Positions 51,864 to 63,731 of a stretch of DNA of 64,000 nt are shown one piece after another. The DNA comes from Setoptus koraiensis. Lineage: Eukaryota; Animalia; Arthropoda. The notes beneath the pieces are model-generated. The model had not been told where the DNA came from. It worked only from the letters and a program-made list of their open reading frames with translations, and made no database searches. The stretch is taken from the NCBI GenBank assembly GCA_048013815.1, contig CM106585.1, positions 5,084,001 through 5,148,000 of the forward strand. The letters are read 5' to 3'. Positions within the stretch are counted from its first letter, which is position 1. Each line of letters opens with the position of its first letter. The position numbers and the translations under genes were made by a program.

Positions 51864-52427
51864 ATGCCGGCCAAACAAAGAAAAATAGCCATTATGGGCT
51901 TTAGATCAGTTGGTAAATCATCGTTGACCATTCAATTTGTTGAAAATACATTTGTAGATTCATATGATCCAACTATTGAGAATACATTCACTAAAACAGC
52001 AAAAATTAGAGGACAAGAATATTATCTGAAATTAGTTGATACAGCTGGACAGGATGAATACTCAATATTTCCACATTCATATGCCATTGATATACATGGA
52101 TATTGTCTAGTGTACAGTATTAACAGTCAAAAATCATTTGAAGTGATCAAAGTCATTTATGAAAAGTTGCTCGATATGACCAGCAAGGTGCACATACCAA
52201 TTGTTTTAGTAGGAAATAAAACTGATCTTCAAAAGGAACGTGTTATACCATACGAAGAGGGCAAAAAATTAGCAGATCAAATGAAAGCTGTTTTCATGGA
52301 AGTTAGCGCTAAACAAAATTCACTTGTCAATGAAATGTTTCAAAATCTTATAGTTCAAATTGAGCAAGTCAATAACGAACTTCATGACAATCCTTCAGAA
52401 AAATCATCGAAATGCAGCGTGATGTAA
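51864..52427 (+). CDS. Rheb: Rheb small GTPase, intron-less
   Basis: RKIAIMGFRSVGKSSLTIQFVE (Rheb-specific Arg in G1), YDPTIENTF, DTAGQDEYSIFP, NKTDL, and the CaaX motif CSVM. Confidence 0.97.
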   Translation: MPAKQRKIAIMGFRSVGKSSLTIQFVENTFVDSYDPTIENTFTKTAKIRGQEYYLKLVDTAGQDEYSIFPHSYAIDIHGYCLVYSINSQKSFEVIKVIYEKLLDMTSKVHIPIVLVGNKTDLQKERVIPYEEGKKLADQMKAVFMEVSAKQNSLVNEMFQNLIVQIEQVNNELHDNPSEKSSKCSVM

Positions 52428-52713
52428 CTGCATAAAATAAAACAAAAATAATCCCTGCAGTTGAAAAACCAAACAAAGCGTATATTTGTATTTCATGTAT
52501 CCGGTGTATTATCGAACACCAGGCCTGCTCAATGAAAACACTGTGCAGCATATAAACAGTGCATTTTCCTGTGCCAAAAGTGCATTGTAAAAGGCAACGG
52601 AACATCATTTACACAAATCGACTTGGTTACACCCCATGTTATTAAGTACATGTAATAATAATGTAATAATGCCAAACATAAAACAAATTGGAATATTAGA
52701 TCGTAGGTTCATC

Positions 52714-54224
52714 ATGGATAAAATCAACAAATTACGCAACTCAGCCTCAGCTCGGGATGTAGGTATAGCTATTTTCTCGCGCATGTACATAAATTTCAGA
52801 CAATGCGTACTGTTACTAACCCCCTCCACTTCGCATTCTTATGCATACGCATCTTAATGTAGATACTATCATGCTTGAAAGAGATCACTGATGATATATG
52901 CAGGAAGCAAGAAGTTTCCTTGGAGTCTATCGAATCATTGCACATCAAGGCTAAATTGGCCAATGTGGAACTGTCCAATCTAATAAATGAATTCCAAATG
53001 ATAGCAAATCAACAATTTGTGGAGAACAGAGTATATGAGGAAAACCTCACTGACCTAGCGAGAAGCAGGAAAGGCAGCGATCCGAGTGAAGAAGCAACGA
53101 AGATATCAGAAACTTTAAACCCAATTATAGAAAGAAGCCTTCAAACAATTCTACCCAAAGCAAACAGGTATTCCGCCAGGAGGCTACCATACTTGATAGG
53201 TTGTGAAGAATATATTGGCGATCATCTAGTCGGTTTAGGGCCCCCTGAAAATAAAGATATGTCGAGCGACAAACATGAAGACAAATTCCCCGAAAGCCCC
53301 CATGACTCTAAAGAGTATAACAGCGACGAAGATAAAGATAAACCCAACAGCCCTCGTGACTTGGGAGAGTATAACAGTGACGAGGAAGATAGCTTTAGTG
53401 ACGAATTTGCTAGTATGTCACCGAATGCCATTAAACCTTCAAAGGACATCCAAGAACAGGACCCCATAAAAAATGTTGTTAGTACGTCACCTAGTGTCAT
53501 CAAACCTTTAAGGGACACCCAAGAAACGGATCCCATGAAGAATTTTGTTAGTACGTTATCGAGTGTCATCAAACCTTTAAGGGACACCCAGGAACAGGAC
53601 CCCATAAAAAAATTTTTTAGCACGTCACCGAATGTGATCAAACCTTTAAGGGACACCCAAGAACAGGGCCCCATAAATTATCATGTTAGTACGTCTCCGA
53701 GTGTCATCGAAACTTTAAGGGACACCCAGGAACCAAACCCCATGGAAAGCTCTGCCAGTACATCATCGAATGTCGTCAAACCTTTAAGAGACACCAAGGA
53801 ACCAAACCCTATGGAAAGCTCTGCCAGTACATCATCGAATGTCGTCAAACCTTTAAGAGACACCAAGGAACCAACCCCCATAGAAAGCTCTGCTAGTGCA
53901 TCATCGAATGTCATCAAACCTTTAAGGGACACCAAGGAACCGAACCCCATGAAAAGGTCTGCTAGTACTTCATCGAATGTCGTCAAACCTTCAAAGGACT
54001 CTCAAGGACAGGGTCCCATAAAAAATCATCAAGAAAACAACGATAGAGTTTCCAGCATAATGAAAAAGTATTCTGAGCTTTTCGAAGATGACGATAGCAG
54101 CGACGACGCTAGCCCGATCCGAGCAGTCATGGCTCGGGGTATAGTTTCCCCCCGCAACACAATTGATATTCCTGATGATGATTCAGATGATAGTAGTGGT
54201 AGTGATTTGTTCGCGAGAAAATAG
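52714..54224 (+). CDS. WASHC2: WASH complex subunit 2 (FAM21)-like, short form; exons 52714-52758, 52863-54224
   Basis: NLINEFQMIANQQFVENRVYEE and RRLPYLIGCEEYIGDHLVGLG match the FAM21 head ([29 protein letters not shown]...VGLG). A GTAGGT...TACTAAC...AG phase-0 intron supplies an ATG. Confidence 0.82.
53433..54026 (+). repeat. Coding minisatellite: 69-bp (23-aa) unit, 8 full copies plus a partial one
   Basis: Units start exactly 69 bp apart (53433, 53502, 53571, 53640, 53709, 53778, 53847, 53916, 53985); approximate consensus KPLRDTQEPNPMxxxxSTSSNVV. Confidence 0.95.
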
Positions 54225-54570
54225 AGGGAATCGATTGGGCAAGCAATAATAATCGGTAACACGAATAAATTAAACGTATTAAATTCGGAACGTGAAGTTA
54301 TAAATACCGTTTTCTACAAGAACACAGTTTAGTACAAATGGTGCTTTTGTCCACTTTTGAAGTTTACAAGTATTGTGGAGGGCAGCGTAGCAATTTCAGT
54401 TCATCTTAAAGCTCTGAAATCGACACTCTCCATTACTCAACATACTACATAATACCGCTGAGATGGTTGAAGAAATACCCGAACCTGGATCGAATATAAA
54501 TTGTGATTAAAAAATTTCATGCTATTACATATCTTGTTTACATGTGTGATTTTATGGATGAATAAATTAA

Positions 54571-57500
54571 TCAACTCGGTAGAATTTCTTTAAGTTGTTT
54601 TGGTATGCTTGGTTGATGGTCATTGATTTGTTTGATAGAATCGACATTTATATTTGTAGATAGAGGTGACGGTAATTTGTTTATAATCTCTCTATTATTA
54701 CTTATAGCAACGCTGGCGATGGGTGCAGATTTTACCATCGGAGTAATAACGGGTTGCTGCTGCTCACTATTGGAAGGTGATTGTTGTGGAGCTTGTTGTT
54801 GTAGAGGCACAACTATCGAGCTATCAAATGTTGGTTGAACGACAGGTGTACCTGATGGCTGATTTGCATGTTCTGCTAGAGAATCGGAGAGGCTCAAAGC
54901 GGATTGCTGCTGGACTTGAATTACACCAGGCTGTTTGCCACTAATAACGGGCGATGCTTTTTGTTCATTGGCCTGATTAGATGGCTCATCTAATGTTGCT
55001 GTTGGTGGTATAGCAAATGGTGATGAGGGTGCCGACAAAAGATCGGCGAGATTGGCCCCAGTTGGCTGTTGTTGAGCTGAAATAAGTTGGCTCACTGGCA
55101 CCGGTATGGCAACACCTTCACCTAATACCTGTTGCTGGCTTGGCGCCGAGGACAATGACGACAAATTGCTGACAGTTGGCGCCATATCGATAGATGGCGA
55201 AGCGTTCCTTGTTGATGAATCTAAGTTTGCCGATTCGTGAGCTTGCTGTTTTTGCTGTTGATCCTGTCCTGGAATGACGACCACTGTCGAGGTGGCTGCT
55301 GGCGGACTGTTGCTATTGGCAGAATCGTTTCCAGTGACATTTGATTGCTGAACTGGCGAGGCGCTAGGGGCCTGATCAATTGTTGTTGTTGTTGCGTTAT
55401 TGGTGATGACATCCGACAATTGTGTGCTATTTGTCGACAATAGATGACTTGTTATGTTGTTTGTGGTGTTGGTTAACAGTGTCGCCGGTATCGGCGGCAC
55501 ACTAGCGGACGACGACGATGAGGTTGTGTTGCAAAGTATTGTGTCCTCGCAATTGTTATATATTTGACCGCCAATTGGCTTCATACCGGATGTAGGCATG
55601 TGTCTGCTACTCATTGTTTTTTCGCACAATACTGCTCGCTTTAAGCGACAATTTATGTCATTCCAGCGTCCATTTCTCCACGACATCTCAATACATTTCT
55701 CAGCAGGAAAATTGGGCTCACCGTGATCCCAATAAGAATAATTAAACATTGATCCGTCGCCCCAATTATAATTATGGAAATCCATTTGGCGTCCGCCCAA
55801 CCAAATCTCTGAGCCATTTTTAACATTGACACTGGCCAAAAATTGCGTAATCATATATTGTTCCTCTTGTGAGTGTATGGAGGGCAAATGGCCACCGTAC
55901 AAGTTGTTGCACAACGTTTCGGCATCGTCGAACGCCAGCCTAATATGAACAAATCTGTAACATTTGTCCTGTCGGAATTGAAGCCATCCCTGCTCGCAGG
56001 TGCTCTCGTCTGGAACCGCTAGTTGGGGTGACCGTCAAAATGATATCACGCAACAGCAGCATCATGATGGAAATGAAATCATTAGTATTGTTTTTTGATG
56101 TTTGTTACATCAATCGATGCATTTGCGTTGGGACAATACTCACACTTTTGGCACAGTATCAGCTTTTGTTCCTTGCAATCGTTGTCCGACCATTTGCCAC
56201 CCGAGGCGGCCATCGACAGACAGGCGTGATCCGGGTCGTTGGGTTCACCCTCGGCCCAGTTTGTGAACGTCACATCGCTCTTGTCTATCCAATTGAACGA
56301 CGAGAAATCGTTTTGAACTGCTCCCAGCCAGACTGGCAATTTAACATCTCTAAATTTGATCAGATTATGCAAGAATTCGCTCTCTCTATCGGATTTTATC
56401 GACAATAGCTTTGAGTTGTATTTTGATCTACACAATTCTTGCGACTCATAGAAATTCAACGCTTGCGAGCTTATGATGCGAACGCATTTCTCATCATTGA
56501 ACTGAAACCAGCCCTCCGAACAGAAGGCTATGTAGAAGGGCCACTGGGTAGTTGGAGCTGTGCGTTGTTGTTGTATTTGTCAAGCCAAACCGGAAGTAGC
56601 GCGATGATGGCGAGAGAGAGAGAGAGCGGAAGTTGGAGTGAGCACTGGTAGAGCGAGTACAATATACACGATAATATGCTCATTATAGTGACATGACGTG
56701 AATCCTGTCAACTACTTACCCCTCTCGCAAGCAGGAACATTAGCCTCTGTACACATAACGTCATGCCACATTCCATTTCTTGGATTAATGGCGATACATA
56801 TCTCGTCGGGATCTAGAAATAATAATAATCATCGTCATTATGATTATTGTCACACATTATTTGGCGCGTCACCATCATCGTCATCATCAATGAGTTGAGT
56901 GTGTTGAGTTTGAGTGATAGGGAAATAAGATATACGAGAGGATGGTATGCGAGTCAGAGAGAAGCGTGTCAGCGACAGAGTGAAAAATGTATGATAAACA
57001 CACTTACGGGACGGCTCAGATGGTGCCCAGTTTGTATAAGTGTTTTCGCTTTTATCCAGCCATAATATGCTCTCGAAGTCTATCTGCTAAAACGTCACAC
57101 ACGAAAGTTGATCATTGGGATGGAGATGGTGGCAACGTTCGCATGTTAGTTTATTATAATTATTATTATTATTACCATTATTATGCGATGATGTATTATC
57201 TATTATGCAAGTCATGTCATATTTGTGTGCCGTGTTTCGCCCTAATTAGTGGTATACGAGTTATTAATATCTTACCTGTTTTGCTCCAAGCCAAATAGGC
57301 GCGCTAGAAGCCGCTATTGAGTGAATGTAAGAGTAGACGAAGTTTTGTTCGTCCTGAGTGTGGACAGTGACTAAATTGCCGGCCTTGGATTTGCAAACGG
57401 CCTGAGCCCTATCATAATCGTGCAATTCGTTGACATATCTAAGACACTTCTTGGAGCCGTACCTCGTCCAGCCCACCGGGCATGAGTACTTGTCTTCGAC

Positions 57501-57827
57501 TGTGTGACATGGACATTGTTGGGCCGGTATTTGTAACGGATCGATCGTGATTAGTTGCTTTATTCTATTGGCCAACTACATATTTTAATTGTATATTTAT
57601 CTGTATGTTTTTGTCCATACAATTGTGTATAGTGAGAAACAAACATTATCATACATACCGGGTCCCGAGTAGCCAGACTCTATGGCGAACAAACTGATTA
57701 TTGTGGCAATTAGTGACCACCACACAATTATGTTATCACTGAAAGCGTTTGCCATTTCGCTGATTGTTGATTGTTGTTTCTTTGCCGATTTGTTGTGTGG
57801 TTTTGACGATGGATCTTGTACAGCCAC
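54571..57827 (-). CDS. Three-CTLD C-type lectin with C-terminal S/T/P/Q-rich tail; exons 57827-57659, 57499-57276, 57086-57008, 56812-56720, 56557-56144, 56018-54571
   Basis: Hydrophobic N-terminal segment. CTLD1 CPVGW..WLGAKQ..NWAPSEPS..WHDVMC; CTLD2 CSEGW..NWAEGEPND..WSDNDC; CTLD3 CEQGW..WDHGEPN..WNDINC. All five introns are phase-consistent. Confidence 0.88.
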
Positions 57828-58944
57828 TTATTACGATGCACTTATGACTACACTTATTGTATCTAATTATCTATGCTTAGCAGTATGTTTCGAACAGCAT
57901 GTTACTTATTTTGTGACGCGAGTTGACACTGAGGTTTTCGTTTTAACAAGCTAGATGATAATTAGCTATTTGTACGAGCGCATGCAGCCAGTCACATGTC
58001 ACTCGTTGGTTGGTTGGTTCACTCACTAAGTGATTTGTCGTGTATATTGATTCTGATTGAAATTATTCGTTTGACAATGAAATATCGACAATAGATGCTC
58101 CTAGCAGCATAAACATATATCATCTAGTTGTGGACGAAACATTCGGACAATCTCGTCGGCGATTCACTATCTATTGACAGAGTTTGGAGCGAAAGAAGTT
58201 GCCCAGTGTGCAATGTTGTTATTATGTAACCAACAAGCAGCCAGTTCATTTGAGAGTCGCAACATAGCTTGTGTCTCATGATGCCACATGATGCCACAAG
58301 GTCCAGTCCACAACATGACGGCTAGGCCATACACGATAAACGAGCTTAGGCGCATCTCAGGCCGGGCCATCAACAGTTTGTCGAATTGTCTAGCAATGGG
58401 TTAGTTTGAGCCGGCCACAAATTTCATCACTCTTACTGCATCATGTCTCTGCATAATGGTGCCGATGCAACAACAAGTATCTGGCAGAGTCCGGCAAGCA
58501 CCGGCGCAACATTGCTCAGTGGCTGGCATCCCTGAAGAAAGTTCCCTCTATGTGTACGTTTTTGCATCAGAGGTTTGTATCAATATGGCTGCAAACTATC
58601 GATGATAGTGGCAAGTCCGACGTGAGCGACTTAGCGCCGGCACAACAAGAGACAGCGGCGCAAGTTTTTGTAGCAGAACAGATATTTCAATGTAACCACT
58701 TTTGGTTGCCACCTCCAATTGCGTCGCTTCAAATCGATTCTATCTATTCGTTTGGCTTCACTATTTCGCTTGATGCTGTTCGGCGATAATTTCGCAAATG
58801 GTGTGCAAATGGCCCGCGAAATACGCAGAGAAAACTCATGGTGGTCCAGTTGCCTGTTGTATAGATCCTGCAGAGTTGCAAGCGATCAACAACAGACCCA
58901 ACAACAACAACAACTAGCACCACGTTCAATGTCAATAACCTTAT

Positions 58945-59012
58945 CGCTCACTCGAATGTTATCGCTCGCTCGAATAGTATCGCTCGCTCGAATGTTATCG
59001 CTCGCCGGATAG
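58945..59012. repeat. 18-bp tandem repeat, ~4 copies (CGCTCGCTCGAATGTTAT)
   Basis: Read directly. Confidence 0.85.
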
Positions 59013-59814
59013 CTTGCGCTTGTGGCGCTAAGACCAACAGCTTGCATTACTATTTGACTGTATTTGACTGAGAATGAAATGAATGCTAGCACAATTACAT
59101 CACTGTTGCACAAAAGTAGCCCTACCTTCCTGAATATGCTATTTAACTGATAGCTATCTTGTCCAGTAACTACTATTATTAGGACTACTTCCACTACTTG
59201 TTTGTTGGTTGTTGGCAGCCGGCAGCCGGCTGCCGGTTGCCTGTAGTGTTTGTGTCGAAGAGTAAAGTCAACAGCCAGAGCAAAGTCCGAAGCCAGAGCA
59301 AGCCGGCCAAGGCAGTAAACTGGCGAGCATCACTGTGAGTGCGCTCTTCACATTCGCGTCCAAAGTGACCGTCCTTGACCATTGCACTTGTCGTCTTTGC
59401 TCTGGCCGAAACTACTACAAATACTACAAACATTGTACTATAATCATGTGTGCCGCCTGTGTCTTCCTGTCTGCTGATGGCCGACGGCAGCTAAGAGTGC
59501 CGATTAGCAGTTTTGTGGTGTCCAATAGTTACGGGTAACACAGGTGAGTGATACAAGTAACATTGGAGCAGACATTATAAGAGCGAGCGAGTGAGCGATA
59601 GAGAGATTAGCAGAGATGATAATATAATAATAATAATAATAGTGATGATTATGATAGCTGACCAAGCAAACCTTTTATTGTTGTCATGACTCGCTGTCTA
59701 TCCGATGGCTAGTCGTTTAATTCATCACAATGCGACCGATCACAAACACCAATCACACTGTGATGATCGCATTTTTAGTGGTTACACTTTTTCACTAAAT
59801 TGACTTGCTTCAAT

Positions 59815-60022
59815 GGGCCACTTCCGGTCCCAGTAAGCGCGCCCAGACGCCAGGCTGCCGGTTTGATTGGCTCAATTCGGGACGAGCGAACGTCGATTTG
59901 TTTCATTCGGGACGCCGGCTCGTTCTATTCAGGACGACGGTTCGTTTTAGTCGAGAGGGCGCCCATTAGTGAATGACGGGCGAGTTGCAGTTTCAACATT
60001 GCAATTCAACGCAAAGGTAAGT
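59815..60022 (+). promoter_or_regulatory. CpG-rich promoter-like segment with a 5' splice donor
   Basis: ETS-type ACTTCCGG (~59820), CCAAT box (GATTGGCT ~59866), three ATTC[G/A]GGACG copies, and AAG|GTAAGT at 60017. The target transcript is unknown. Confidence 0.4.
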
Positions 60023-63000
60023 AAGTTTGTACAGTGTTTGGTCGCACAACATGCGGAGCTTGTTGTAAAATTGCGTGCCCTTTGTTGGCCCGTTAACAAA
60101 TTCAGCAACCTATTAACAGCAAACTAACAATATAAGTTGCACAATATTGTTATTATATAATAGTTATATAATGTGCATAACACCAGCTGGTTATTTAACC
60201 ACATTCGAGATGATGATAACCAGAGACATCCTTTAAGTGGTAACACCTAATTGATATAAAGTCACTTAACGCAATAAATTCATTCATTGTATGTTAATAA
60301 TAAAATAATTTGTCGCTCTTGGGCAACTATTTCTTCTTTGTGTATGTTTAATGTATAAAACTGCAGCCCATACAAGCCAAGTCGTTTACATATAGTTTAA
60401 GGTCCTCAATAAAAGCTCGCCAGCCCAACAATGACGAAACGCAATCAGAGAGATGGTCATGTTAAAAAGTGAGTGAGTATGTGTGTACAAAGGTTACGTC
60501 ATCGTCACTGGTTATCGTCGTTATAATAATCATACCCGGAAGTGTACAAGCCAGGCAAGTGTTGTAAGTGGGCTCTTTCGAAACGCTGCCTTGCGCCTTG
60601 ACTGATGGCGGCCGCTGCCATTATCTGGCTGACTAAATCAAAAGTCGCCCTAAGTGATTTGACATCGTTCACTCTCGTCTCTTCTATGAGGCGGCCGCCT
60701 TATGGTCATAAAATGATGACCAGATCGAGCGAGCGACAGAGACTAGATAAAGACAGTGAGAGAGCAAAATGAAAGATATTTCAACGCGGCTCACAGCGAC
60801 GGTCCGGCTGGCAAGGGTCACGCGCTTGGCCATTGTTGCTCGATTGCGCTGTTACTGGACATTGTTTCATATCCAGAGAATTGTCCAATTTTCTCTCGCT
60901 CGCTCTCTCTCTTTCGTCTTGTGTTTGTGATACAATTATCAGATTAGACCATTCTGTGCCCTCTGTGTTTTTGTCATCCAAGACACAGCCGGCCGGACAA
61001 AGCCAGCCAGTTCCGACAAACTCATCAGAGAGAAAGAAACAAACGGGCCAGTCCAATTGATGGAACAACTAGCCAGACGAGAACAACAGAGCGGCAATTC
61101 TTTTCTTCTGTCTCTCTGCTATTATCATTCACTCTCGATTCATCATAATCATACTTGTCCGCTTCTGCTAGCCTGGCTAATCTCTTAATCTTGCTCGAGC
61201 GCGCCCTCTTTTGTTTGTTGCTCGTTGTTTGCTGCTCGCCGTCGTTGTTGTTGTTGTTGTTGCTGTTGTTGTTGCTCAAACATGTCAAAACAAGTATAGC
61301 GGTCGGAAACTAATTAGCGCGCTCAGAAGAACAATCAAGCATTTGCGGCAACAGTCACAGCTCTTGTCGCCACTGCTGTGACCCCTGCTAAAGTCGACCT
61401 TAAAGTTTACAACTTTTGTCCACTTTTGTGCCCATTCAGACCACTGACCAGGCAACCCAGTGGCCGCAGCCAGTGTCATTAATGAGTGCAAGTGGAGCAG
61501 AAAATTGCTCACTCATGGAGCACCAATTAGTGCGATGCTCAACGTGCGCCGTTATTTGCATCCTTGATGGCCATGTAAATTAATGATTAAATCTAAACCA
61601 GTTGATATTTAATGATCGTGTCCAGACGCCACAGCTGTTACCTGTTGTTAATTTGAACCCAATTGGCTCGTGCCTGAATGTTGGCTAAACTTGATAACAA
61701 ACAAGCACACACACGAGCCGACAAAAAAAAATGTTGACTAACACGCAAACTAAATAGCCTGCTTATGTAACATAAGCAGGCTATTAGTTAACTAAGCAAA
61801 TGAAGAAATTAACTTGACTGACTGCCTCACTAACCCGACGGCTAAACAACTAAATAGCTGGCCCTGCACTCATGCAAGCTCATATTATTCTTAATATATA
61901 AATAATAATAATAATAATAATATTCTCACTTCAAGCTTATCTTCATCTTCAGCGGTGCACTGGCACAGCGTAGGAAATAAAATTAATCTGCACTCGTTAT
62001 ATAGTGTGTGTGTGCCAACTTCCGGGTTTGACCCACAGGCAAACAAATTATTAGCATGTATTCATCAACACACAACAAGCACGCAGACAAATAGGCAAGA
62101 CGAGACGACTAACGAATTAACGGAACCTACCTTGCGCATTCCCATCAGATTGGTCTTGTTGCACTTGTTGCTGTTGTTGTTGTTGTTGTTCTGGTAGCCG
62201 TGCTACTACATACTGCTAGAGACTACTAAAGGCATTGGGTAACAGTAACAACAACATACGTTACGTCACACACACACACACACTCTCACATGATAGCGGG
62301 CGAGAGATGTGGCAATAGTTGTGGCGCTTGTAGTTAGTACCATTATTGTTCAACATTTTTTTACACGTTGACCGCTAGCCAAGCTAGGCCACTCTCGCTC
62401 AATGGACAGGTTCGGCCCCCACACCTGCTCGTTGCTGTGTTGTAAGTGTCGATCATCATGTGACCAGATGGGTGGCAAACTATTATATAACATTTATAGT
62501 GCTCATCTGTCAAGTGGTCAGTTATCCCTCTATCAAAGGCTAACCGTTAAAACTGTTGCCGTTACTTTACTTACATAACCACTGCTGCTGTAGCTGTTCT
62601 AGCCACTTTCTACCGTTAGCCACACTACTCTCTACTTACGTACTTTATACACGATTATAACATAAGCTTGATAATAACTTAACCCACACCTTTTCAAGGC
62701 TCATCTCATCAGCTCCATTACTCCTAGTTTATGGCCGCCTCACACACACATTACAAAGTGGACGGTCTCACAATGGTCAGAGGTACAATGTTTAGCTGTT
62801 TCTTGGCTCGCTAAAAACCGGTGAGTAAGCTAGAGAGTTAGCTCGAAGCAAAAGTGAGAAAAAAAGAAGCGAGAGTGACGCCACTTAGCTAAAGACGGCC
62901 CATATTTGTTATTTAATGTACAAACAAGTTGTGAACATCCGTTAGTTTAATTGAGTGAGCTGTAATGGTCAATTCAACAGAAACTACAAATTGAAGGTCC

Positions 63001-63364
63001 ATATAACAGCAACGACAGCAATAGTTGAAAATTTTGTTTAAAGTGACCAGTGAATAATTGTCGGTCGAACCAAAAGCAAGTTCATTCGCAAATCAAACAA
63101 GCAACAGACAACTTTGTAAAATTTAATTCCGCGCACCAACTCTACAGACAAGATTCACAAATCGACACCCCAAACTGCAAACACACACATACACTTTACA
63201 AGCTGTAAGAATTAATCGTAAACTCAAACACTAATAACTGTATCCCTTAAAACTAAGGTAACTAGATAATCATCGATCTACTGTTCTGTTCTCCTCATAT
63301 CCAATTAATTCATATCGCCGGTACAGATTATTAGAAACCAGAACCAAACAAACAAACACACAAA

Positions 63365-63731
63365 ATGAAATTCTTCAGAGTTTTCTCCATGCTTATGGTG
63401 GTGGCCGTTGTTGTTGCAGTATTCACATCACATAATGTTGAGGCTGGCAAAAAGAAGATGCTCAAGAAGGCAGCATTGACCGCTATGCTCTTGAAGGGTG
63501 GCAAAAAGATCCTCTTGCCCCTACCAATACCCATTCCAATTCCGTAAGTTACACAACAATAACACCAACAAAAATTCTGCCACATCCTTCACATATGCTC
63601 AATTGACTCATCCATTGACTTCCTTTTTCCGGTTTCTCGTTACGTGCCATTTGTTTGACAGATTCTTGAAGCAAAAAGAGCCAGTCTACTACCCCCAACC
63701 ATCGTATTCTTCATCGTATTCCTCATACTGA
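63365..63731 (+). CDS. Small secreted cationic Pro-rich/Tyr-Ser-rich protein (82 aa); exons 63365-63543, 63662-63731; 5'UTR intron 63258-63326
   Basis: A phase-2 GTAAGT...GACAG intron joins two ORF-track fragments: MKFFRVFSMLMVVAVVVAVFTSHNVEA-GKKKMLKKAALTAMLLKGGKKILLPLPIPIPIPFLKQKEPVYYPQPSYSSSYSSY. Clear signal peptide. Confidence 0.85.

Noticed and set aside
11059-59012. CRISPR-like arrays
   Set aside because: The repeats are contiguous tandem units without unique spacers; eukaryotic context; no cas genes.
58167-59433. ORFs with hydrophobic starts upstream of the lectin
   Set aside because: No homology and no consistent splice model.
61285-61512. 75-aa ORF with WSEW and Cys cluster (TSP1- or peptide-hormone-like)
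   Set aside because: Lacks TSP1 Cys/Arg spacing, has a weak signal peptide and no supporting gene structure.
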